Origin: Candidatus Latescibacterota bacterium
Lineage (GTDB): Bacteria > Latescibacterota > UBA2968 > UBA8231
Assembly (NCBI GenBank): GCA_965243025.1
Contig: CBDETY010000003.1
Span: forward strand, 64,001-128,000
Direction of reading: 5' to 3'
Length of the DNA stretch: 64,000 nucleotides
The notes under the pieces were generated by a model, which did not search any database, was not told the DNA's origin, and worked only from the letters and a program-made list of their open reading frames with translations. Position 1 is the first letter of the stretch. Each line of letters opens with the position of its first letter. The position numbers and the translations under genes are program-made. Below, in pieces: positions 49,635 through 56,635 of this stretch.

Positions 49635-50792
49635 CTAAATCGCCTGCCTGAAGATCCCCTCGACGTCCCGGCGCGCGGTCTTGCGGGGGTTGACCTGGAT
49701 GTTTGCGCTCTGCATGGCGGCTTCTGCGAGGTCCTCGATGCCGCTCTCCTCGACCCCGAGCGTTCCCAGCTTCTCCGGAATTCCCAGGTCCTCGTTGAGC
49801 TGGCGCACCAGCTTCACCGCCTGTCGGGCCGCCTCATGGTCGCCGAGCCCATCGGTATCTCCCCCGAGCGCCCCGGCGACGTCGGCGAACCTGCCGGTCC
49901 GCGAGGGGAGGTTGAACTCCATCACGTACGGCAGCAGCACGGCGTTGGCGAGCCCGTGGTGGACGCCGAACTGGGCCCCGACCGGGTGCGACATGGCGTG
50001 CACGTTGCCGAGCCGGGTCTGCGAAAAGGCGATTCCCGCCATGGCGCTGGCCAGCAGCATGTTCTGGGTCGCTTCGGTCTCGTAGTCGTTGGCGCAGGCG
50101 AGCCGCAGGTTCTCCCCGATCAGGCGCATCGCCTCGAGGGCCATGCCGTCGCTCGCCGGGGAGGCCATCAGGTTGGTGTACGACTCGATGGCGTGGGTCA
50201 GGGCGTCCATCCCGGTGGGACCGCCTACCGCCGCGGGCAGGGCGGTGCACAGGGCGGCGTCGAGGACGCCGGCGCGCGGGGCGATCCGCCAGCTGACGAC
50301 GGGGTCCTTGTTGCGGGATGCCGGGTTGGTCAGCACCGCGAACGGGGTGACTTCGCTGCCGGTGCCGTAAGTGGTGGGCACGCAGACCAGGGGGGGGATG
50401 TCCCTGGTGATCTTCCCAGGGGCCATCAGGTACTCCTCGATGCGGCCCCCGTGGGAGGCGAGGACGCCGATCATCTTGGCGACGTCCATCGGGCTTCCGC
50501 CCCCCACGCCGAGCAGGGCGCCGCACTCCTGTTCGCTGAAGATGCGGGCCCCTTCCTCGACGCAGCTCGCCGGGGGGTTGGGGAGCACCCCGGAGAACAG
50601 GGTGCAGTCGACCTCCGCCTCATCGAGGACCGCGGCGACCTTGTCTATCACCCCGGCCTCGCGCAGCCCCTCGTCGGTGACGAGGAGGATCCGGGTGCCG
50701 GAGGGCAGCAGTTCGGGAAGCCGGGAAAGGGCGCCGGGACCGTGCAGCAGCCGCGTCGGGCTGCGGAACTCGAGGATTTCCTGATAGGCCAT
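49635..50792 (-). CDS. Iron-containing alcohol dehydrogenase
   Basis: GGGSPMD, PTTYGTGSEVT, DALTHAIE and HAMSH..HHGLAN motifs. Confidence 0.93.
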   Translation of the reverse strand: MAYQEILEFRSPTRLLHGPGALSRLPELLPSGTRILLVTDEGLREAGVIDKVAAVLDEAEVDCTLFSGVLPNPPASCVEEGARIFSEQECGALLGVGGGSPMDVAKMIGVLASHGGRIEEYLMAPGKITRDIPPLVCVPTTYGTGSEVTPFAVLTNPASRNKDPVVSWRIAPRAGVLDAALCTALPAAVGGPTGMDALTHAIESYTNLMASPASDGMALEAMRLIGENLRLACANDYETEATQNMLLASAMAGIAFSQTRLGNVHAMSHPVGAQFGVHHGLANAVLLPYVMEFNLPSRTGRFADVAGALGGDTDGLGDHEAARQAVKLVRQLNEDLGIPEKLGTLGVEESGIEDLAEAAMQSANIQVNPRKTARRDVEGIFRQAI

Positions 50793-50845
50793 AAGTCCGT
50801 CTGTCTGATAGGGTTAGAACAGTGGTGGGCCCAATGCGGCTGGCC

Positions 50846-51850
50846 CTATTCCATCTCAAGGGAGGCCTTGATCCGCCCCCAGGAGACCGATTCGACCGCG
50901 GAGCCTTCCGGCTCGGTGTTGGCGGGCAGCAGGATGCCGTCGAGGAAAAAATCCGCTTGAACAAATATTATGTCGAAAATTGTGTCTAATTCCCTACCCT
51001 CGCCGGGATCAGTGGGCTCCATGGCTTCGGGGATCCACCAGGTCGGCGCCCTTTCGTTTTCGTCCCAGTCATTCACCATGATCGCAAAGCCGATCACTTG
51101 TCCCGGTGCCAGATCGCTGAATTCCGTCTCTTCTATCTCATCCCACGCTCCCCCCGAATCGTGCGGAGTGACATACAGCTCGATCACGCTGATGGTCGGC
51201 GCTTCCCCGAATGCGCCCCCGCCCGCATCTCCATACGGGGGAAACATTTTCCAGGAGAATCCCCGAGCCCCGTCAGGGGTATCGATCAGCGGCCCGGTGA
51301 CGGTGCGGGCAATCGCCTCATATCTCTGGGTTCGGCCGTATGCCTGCATTTGCTCCTCCTGGGTCGAAAAAAACGAAAATCCTTCCCCCCCACTGTGGTC
51401 TCCGTCGAATGCCAGAGTGATGCTGTCATGCATTTCGATGGAGCTTCGGCCCCCATCAGGAGCATCGTAGTCGTGATCGTTCCGATACAGATCATCGCTG
51501 GCTGCGAAGGCGACGTAGAGACGGTCCGGGTCGTCGTGCCAGGCCAGCCAGATCCGGAAGTCGAGGTTGGAGGGATCCGGAAGCATGTAGTTCGTGGGTG
51601 TCTTAAAATCCAGCAGGGTCATGGCCGGCTCGCCGATCAGCTCGAACCATTCGTCTAACATTCCGTCGTCGAGCTGGATCTGTTCCAGCATCTCGTCGGT
51701 CAGCTCGGCGATCGGGAAGACTCGACCGCCGCTGTGGGCGCCTGCCTGAGCAGGAAAGCAGGCGGACAGGGCCGACCCGACGAGCAGGCCGAGGGCCATG
51801 CGCCGGTGATTCCTGAGACATCCCGCACCATCTGGTTTCCTTCGGCTCAT
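50846..51850 (-). CDS. Secreted CBM9/DOMON-like protein with SWGRIK C-terminal tail, paralog 1
   Basis: Signal peptide ending AGA-H. DG..DEW, FRIWLAWH..RLYVAF..DD, DGDHSGG, IGFAI.V.D and AVESVSWGRIKASLE. Start is uncertain (51850 or 51799). Confidence 0.65.
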   Translation of the reverse strand: MSRRKPDGAGCLRNHRRMALGLLVGSALSACFPAQAGAHSGGRVFPIAELTDEMLEQIQLDDGMLDEWFELIGEPAMTLLDFKTPTNYMLPDPSNLDFRIWLAWHDDPDRLYVAFAASDDLYRNDHDYDAPDGGRSSIEMHDSITLAFDGDHSGGEGFSFFSTQEEQMQAYGRTQRYEAIARTVTGPLIDTPDGARGFSWKMFPPYGDAGGGAFGEAPTISVIELYVTPHDSGGAWDEIEETEFSDLAPGQVIGFAIMVNDWDENERAPTWWIPEAMEPTDPGEGRELDTIFDIIFVQADFFLDGILLPANTEPEGSAVESVSWGRIKASLEME

Positions 51851-51866
51851 GCCCGAGAGGACTGTC

Positions 51867-52751
51867 TTACTCCCGGCTGGAGACGAAACAGAGGCTCTCG
51901 CCGTCAGGCGACCAGGCCGGCTTCCAGTCTCCGTCATGCCCCGACGTCAACCGGGCGATACCGGTTCCATCCGCGGCCATGCGATATATGGAGGTCACCC
52001 CGTCCCGGTTGGAAACGAAGGCGATCTCTTTGCCGTCGCTGGACCACGTCGGCTGCCGGTCCAGGGCAGGGTGATCGGTGAGGTTGACGACCTGGCCGCT
52101 GGCCACCTCGAGGATGCAGATCTCGAAATTGCCGAACCGGTTGCTCTCGAAGACAATCAGGCTGCCGTCCGGGGACCAGGACGAGTGAGCGTCGAACCCC
52201 TCATTCAAAGTCAGGTTCCGCAGGTTCCGGCCGTGGTGGTCGGCGACATACAGCTCGAGATTGCCGTCGCGGTGGGTGGTGAAAGCGAGGTGTTGTCCAT
52301 CAGGCGAGAAGGCCGGCTGGATGGCGTCCGCCAGGATCGGTTCCAAAGCGGAGTCTCCGGCACGGAGCTTCATGACGTAGATGTCGTAGGACTCCGGCTC
52401 CTCTGTTTTTCCGGCGAAGGCGATCCGGGTGCCGTCGGGAAACCAGGAAACCCCTCCCACGCTGGTTATCCGCGGCGGTACCGGCATTCTCAGGAGTACC
52501 TCCCCGGCCCGGGAGGCGAGGTGGAACTCGTTCCCGTTTTCGGTGTGCGCGACGTACAAGAGCCGGCCGTCCGGGCCCCAACTCGGGGTGGACCGGCCCT
52601 CCGTCGGAGACAGGCGCTCGATGGAGGTTCCGTCCCGACCCATGCGAAAAACGCTCTCGACCTGAGTATGTGCGGCTTCTGGATTGGACCACTGCCAGAG
52701 GAGCGAAAAAAAGGACAGGCCAATCGTCAGTTTGCAAGGCATTTCAGTCAT
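51867..52751 (-). CDS. TolB-like PD40 beta-propeller protein
   Basis: Repeated P.WSPDG..I.F.S.R.G..(E/D)IY units and an N-terminal signal. Confidence 0.88.
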   Translation of the reverse strand: MTEMPCKLTIGLSFFSLLWQWSNPEAAHTQVESVFRMGRDGTSIERLSPTEGRSTPSWGPDGRLLYVAHTENGNEFHLASRAGEVLLRMPVPPRITSVGGVSWFPDGTRIAFAGKTEEPESYDIYVMKLRAGDSALEPILADAIQPAFSPDGQHLAFTTHRDGNLELYVADHHGRNLRNLTLNEGFDAHSSWSPDGSLIVFESNRFGNFEICILEVASGQVVNLTDHPALDRQPTWSSDGKEIAFVSNRDGVTSIYRMAADGTGIARLTSGHDGDWKPAWSPDGESLCFVSSRE

Positions 52752-52839
52752 AGGTCAGTCCCCTGAAGTGTGATTACGGAAGGGGGGGCGGTCGAGTTTG
52801 GGTAACCCGTCGAAGGCTCGATGGGGGGCATGACTTTGG

Positions 52840-53805
52840 TTACTCCATCTCCAGGGAGGCCTTGATCCGCCCCCAGGAAACCGACTCGACTGCGCTGTCT
52901 TCTCCCGGTTCGGCCGCGCCGGCCGGCAGCAGCAGCCCATCGAGGAAGTGCTCCGCCCGGTAACGGTACAGGATGTCTATTTCCGGGTCCTCACTCTGGA
53001 CTGCTTCAGGCCCCAAGAACCAACTGCCTTTGTCTTCGCTTTCCCCCACGAGGATCGCAAAGCCTATGACCTTTCCTGCCGTCAGATCGCTGACCACGAC
53101 GTCTTCAGGCCGACTGTCGCGTCCCTGCCAACTATCGTATGGAGTGAAGTACAGCTCGATTACCCTGATGGTCGGGTTTTCCCCGGCGACGCCACCGCCT
53201 GCGTCTGCGTAGGGAGGAAAGAACATCCAGGAATCCTCCGTGGTAACTACTGTGTACCCGCCACTCAAGCCGGACGTATGATAGCCATACAACGCAGTGC
53301 GGCCACTGGCAGTACGGGCAATTGCCCCGTATTGTTGCGATTCCCCCCAAAAATCCCACGTTTCGAAGGATTCCAAACGATTCCCACCGCCGCTGTGATC
53401 TCCGTCGATAGCCAGGATAAGATCATGATTATTATCATCCAGAATGTGCACGTCATCGCTGGCCGAGAAGGCCACATAGAGCCGATCCGGCTCATCGTGC
53501 CAGGCCAGCCAAATGCGGAAGTCCAGGTCAGATGGATCAGGTACCTCACCGAAGGCTCTGAAATCGACCAGGGACATGGTGGGTTCGCCGATCAGATCGA
53601 ACCACTCCTCCACCGAGCCGTCGTGAAGCTGGATCCCGGCCAGCATCTCGTCGGTCAACCCGGCGAACGGGAATAGTCGATTGCCTGCGTGGGCTTCTGC
53701 CCGGGCAGACAGGCCTGCCTGGGCAAACAGGCTCGCGGACACCGCCAGCAGCAGGAGCACGCTCAGAGCAGGGGGCACTTGCTTTTTCATGCGGATGCAG
53801 GTCAT
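52840..53805 (-). CDS. Secreted CBM9/DOMON-like SWGRIK protein, paralog 2
   Basis: Start re-called at MTCIRMKKQ. Leader nearly identical to paralogs 3 and 4, divergent core, same C-tail. Confidence 0.65.
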   Translation of the reverse strand: MTCIRMKKQVPPALSVLLLLAVSASLFAQAGLSARAEAHAGNRLFPFAGLTDEMLAGIQLHDGSVEEWFDLIGEPTMSLVDFRAFGEVPDPSDLDFRIWLAWHDEPDRLYVAFSASDDVHILDDNNHDLILAIDGDHSGGGNRLESFETWDFWGESQQYGAIARTASGRTALYGYHTSGLSGGYTVVTTEDSWMFFPPYADAGGGVAGENPTIRVIELYFTPYDSWQGRDSRPEDVVVSDLTAGKVIGFAILVGESEDKGSWFLGPEAVQSEDPEIDILYRYRAEHFLDGLLLPAGAAEPGEDSAVESVSWGRIKASLEME

Positions 53806-53857
53806 CTGTCTTTCTCCCTGTTCGCAGGTCACCATTGATGAGGAGATGGCGGTACGG

Positions 53858-54856
53858 CTACTCCATCTCCAGGGAGGCCTTGATCCGCCCCCAGGAGACC
53901 GACTCGGCCGCGGTGTCTTCCGGTCCGGCGCCGGCCGGCAGCAGGATGCCGTCGAGGAAAAAATCCGCTCGGGCATTACGTATGTCGACTTCCGTACGGA
54001 AACGAGGATCACTGGGCTGCATGGCTTCGGGGGTCCAGGACCACCCGATTGCCTCTTCTTCCTCGTCCCAGTCCTCCACCATGATCGCAAAGCCGATCAC
54101 CTGTCCCGCAGCCAGATCCGTGAACTCCGTCTCTTCGATCCCATCAAATGTCCCCCACCGGTCGTAGGGGGTGACATACAGCTCGATCACGCTGATGACC
54201 GGCGCTTCCCCGAAGACGCCCCCGCCCGCATCCCCGTACGGGGGAAACAGCTTCCAGGAGAACGCCCCCGTCCGACGTCCAACGTAGTTGTCCATGGTCG
54301 GTCCGCTGGCGGTGCGGGCGATGGCATCATATAGCTGCGCTTGCCCACTGGCTTCCATCAACTCCTCCTCTGTCGAAGTTGAGGTAGTTCCGGCGCCGCC
54401 ACCGTGATCCCCGTCGATGGTCAGAGTGATGCTGTCATGGTTCGGGATGTTCCTTCGTATGCCATACCCATCGTGGTCGTGATCGTTCCGGTACACATCA
54501 TCGCTGGCCACGAAGGCTACGTAGAAACGGTCCGGGTCGTCGTGCCAGGCCAGCCAGATGCGGAAGTCGAGGTCGGAGGGATCGGGTGGCAGGTAGTTGC
54601 TATGGGTCTGGAAATCCAGCAGGGTCATGGCCGGCTCGCCGATCAGCTCGATCCACTCGTCTATGCGGCCGTCGTGGAGCTGGATCTGTTCCAGCATTTC
54701 GTCGGTAAGCTCTGGAATGGGGTACACCCGCCCGCCGCTGTGGGCGTCTGCCCGGGCACACAGGCCTGCCTGGGCAAACAGGCTCGCCGTCACCGCCAGC
54801 AGCAGGAGTACGCTCAGCGCAGGGGGCACTTGCTTTTTCATGCGGATGCAGGTCAT
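53858..54856 (-). CDS. Secreted CBM9/DOMON-like SWGRIK protein, paralog 3
   Basis: 999-bp ORF from MTCIRMKKQ, near-identical to paralog 4. Confidence 0.65.
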   Translation of the reverse strand: MTCIRMKKQVPPALSVLLLLAVTASLFAQAGLCARADAHSGGRVYPIPELTDEMLEQIQLHDGRIDEWIELIGEPAMTLLDFQTHSNYLPPDPSDLDFRIWLAWHDDPDRFYVAFVASDDVYRNDHDHDGYGIRRNIPNHDSITLTIDGDHGGGAGTTSTSTEEELMEASGQAQLYDAIARTASGPTMDNYVGRRTGAFSWKLFPPYGDAGGGVFGEAPVISVIELYVTPYDRWGTFDGIEETEFTDLAAGQVIGFAIMVEDWDEEEEAIGWSWTPEAMQPSDPRFRTEVDIRNARADFFLDGILLPAGAGPEDTAAESVSWGRIKASLEME

Positions 54857-54911
54857 CTGTCTTTTCTCCCTGTTCGCAGGTCGCGGTTTGGATGAGGAGA
54901 TGGCGGTACGG

Positions 54912-55910
54912 CTACTCCATCTCGAGGGAGGCCTTGATCCGGCCCCAGGAGACCGACTCGACCGCGGTGTCTTCCGGTCCGGCGCCGGCCGGCAGCAGGA
55001 TGCCGTCGAGGAAAAAATCCGCTCGGGCATTACGTATGTCGACTTCCGTACCGAAACGAGGATCACTGGGCTGCATGGCTTCGGGGGTCCAGGACCACCC
55101 GATTGCCTCTTCTTCCTCGTCCCAGTCCTCCACCATGATCGCAAAGCCGATCACCTGTCCCGCAGCCAGGTCGGTTAACTCCGTCTCTTCGATCTCATCC
55201 CACGTCCCCCACCGGTCGTAGGGGGTGACATACAGCTCGATCACGCTGATGACCGGCGCTTCCCCGAAGACGCCCCCGCCCGCATCCCCGTACGGGGGAA
55301 ACAGCTTCCAGGAGAACGCCCCCGTCCGACGTCCAACGTAGTTGTCCATGGTCGGTCCGCTGGCGGTGCGGGCGATGGCATCATATCGCTGCGCTTGCCC
55401 ACGGGCTTCCATCAACTCCTCCTCTGTCGAAGTTGAGGTAGTTCCGGCGCCGCCGCCGTGATCCCCGTCGATGGTCAGAGTGATGCTGTCATGGTTCGGG
55501 ATGTTCCTTCGTATGCCATACCCATCGTGGTCGTGATCGTTCCGGTACACATCATCGCTGGCCACGAAGGCTACGTAGAAACGGTCCGGGTCGTCGTGCC
55601 AGGCCAGCCAGATGCGGAAGTCGAGGTCGGAGGGATCGGGTGGCAGGTAGTTGCTATGGGTCTGGAAATCCAGCAGGGTCATGGCCGGCTCGCCGATCAG
55701 CTCGATCCACTCGTCTATGCGGCCGTCGTGGAGCTGGATCTGTTCCAGCATTTCGTCGGTAAGCTCTGGAATGGGGTACACCCGCCCGCCGCTGTGGGCG
55801 TCTGCCCGGGCACACAGGCCTGCCTGGGCAAACAGGCTCGCGGACACCGCCAGCAGCAGGAGTACGCTCAGCGCAGGGGACACCTGCTTTTTCATGCGGA
55901 TGCAGGTCAT
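54912..55910 (-). CDS. Secreted CBM9/DOMON-like SWGRIK protein, paralog 4
   Basis: 999-bp ORF with RBS aaggag. Offset from paralog 3 by 1054 bp. Confidence 0.65.
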   Translation of the reverse strand: MTCIRMKKQVSPALSVLLLLAVSASLFAQAGLCARADAHSGGRVYPIPELTDEMLEQIQLHDGRIDEWIELIGEPAMTLLDFQTHSNYLPPDPSDLDFRIWLAWHDDPDRFYVAFVASDDVYRNDHDHDGYGIRRNIPNHDSITLTIDGDHGGGAGTTSTSTEEELMEARGQAQRYDAIARTASGPTMDNYVGRRTGAFSWKLFPPYGDAGGGVFGEAPVISVIELYVTPYDRWGTWDEIEETELTDLAAGQVIGFAIMVEDWDEEEEAIGWSWTPEAMQPSDPRFGTEVDIRNARADFFLDGILLPAGAGPEDTAVESVSWGRIKASLEME

Positions 55911-55960
55911 CTGTCTTTTCTCCTTTTTGTTTCCCTCCAAACGAAATCGGCGTATGCGCG

Positions 55961-55999
55961 GTGCCCCAACGCCCCCAATGGTCAAGGGCGTTGGGGCAC
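55961..55999 (-). terminator. 14-bp perfect stem-loop downstream of the small peptide gene
   Basis: gtgccccaacgccc / gggcgttggggcac. A second small hairpin gcaggg..ccctgc lies at 56012-56030. No U-tract. Confidence 0.55.
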
Positions 56000-56034
56000 T
56001 CTTCAGCCGGGCGCAGGGTTCGGGGCCCTGCCGG

Positions 56035-56259
56035 TCAGTCGCTGCAGCTGCAGTCGCCGGTGTCGCAGTTCCAGCTGTAACTGTCGTGGTTCACGAGTGC
56101 GCACTCGTATGCGCACATGTTGGCGGTGCTCGTCGTCTGCTCGTGCGACGACTCATACCAGGACAGGGGCGGGGAGTGCGCGTCCGTCAAGGACGCACCG
56201 CCCAGCAGGAGCCCTGCCCCCAGCAGGACGGCGACGATGTACTTCGCAAGATGCGACAT
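56035..56259 (-). CDS. Small secreted Cys-rich peptide with CS-alpha-beta (defensin-like) spacing
   Basis: RBS aaggagg, signal peptide ending TDA-H, and a mature part with C-x3-C-x11-C-x4-C-x-C. Confidence 0.7.
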   Translation of the reverse strand: MSHLAKYIVAVLLGAGLLLGGASLTDAHSPPLSWYESSHEQTTSTANMCAYECALVNHDSYSWNCDTGDCSCSD

Positions 56260-56318
56260 GCTGCCTCCTTTGTGTTCGGGGTTAGCGCCTGTCGCTACCC
56301 CGTTTCATCCAGAAGACA

Positions 56319-56334
56319 TGCAAATGCCGTGCCG
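56319..56334 (-). promoter_or_regulatory. Sigma54 (-24/-12) promoter
   Basis: Minus strand reads CGGCACGGCATTTGCA (GG-N10-GC; consensus TGGCACG-N4-TTGCA), 60 bp upstream of the peptide ATG and next to a sigma54 activator gene. Confidence 0.8.
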
Positions 56335-56467
56335 GTACCGGGCCGGCGGCTCCATCGGTGCTGTCCGTGACGACGTAACCTGTTATTTTCATGGTGGTTA
56401 TTACACCACATTTTTTTATTTTCGGCACAATCAGCTCCCGCGGCGCCGCCATCGGCTTCTCGGTCTC

Positions 56468-56527
56468 GTCGTATTTAATACGATTCGGCCGTATTTAATA
56501 CGACTTGGCCGTATTTAATACGACTTC
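56468..56527. repeat. Three tandem 20-bp units each carrying the palindrome CGTATT-T-AATACG (candidate enhancer/UAS)
   Basis: cgtatttaatacga at 56470, 56490 and 56510. Confidence 0.9.
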
Positions 56528-56635
56528 CCCGATAGCCGCGGCCGACGGCTGGTTGCTCCTGCTTTCGTTCTTCCTTATTGGTACGGTTCTGTGGATAACA
56601 ACCCACCTTGCCCCACAAAGAAAACGGATTCGAAA

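Larger units (their letters stand above)
53837..55923 (-). repeat. Near-identical 1054-bp tandem duplication
   Basis: gatgaggagatggcggtacggctactccatctc at 53837 and 54891, with only scattered substitutions across the unit. Confidence 0.95.

Noticed and set aside
50846-55923. Diversity-generating retroelement behind the paralog array
   Set aside because: No reverse transcriptase or short TR/VR pair. Whole genes are duplicated and the differences are not visibly adenine-specific.
56035-56259. RiPP precursor (ranthipeptide/lanthipeptide) reading of the Cys-rich peptide
   Set aside because: It has a Sec-type signal peptide, and no radical SAM, LanM/LanBC, YcaO or peptidase-transporter gene lies nearby.
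56468-56527. Possible mini-CRISPR array
   Set aside because: Units are only 20 bp with 6-7 nt similar linkers and no cas genes. A protein-binding repeat fits better.
56590-56598. Perfect DnaA box (TGTGGATAA)
   Set aside because: Single copy with no box cluster, DUE or replication genes. It may be chance.
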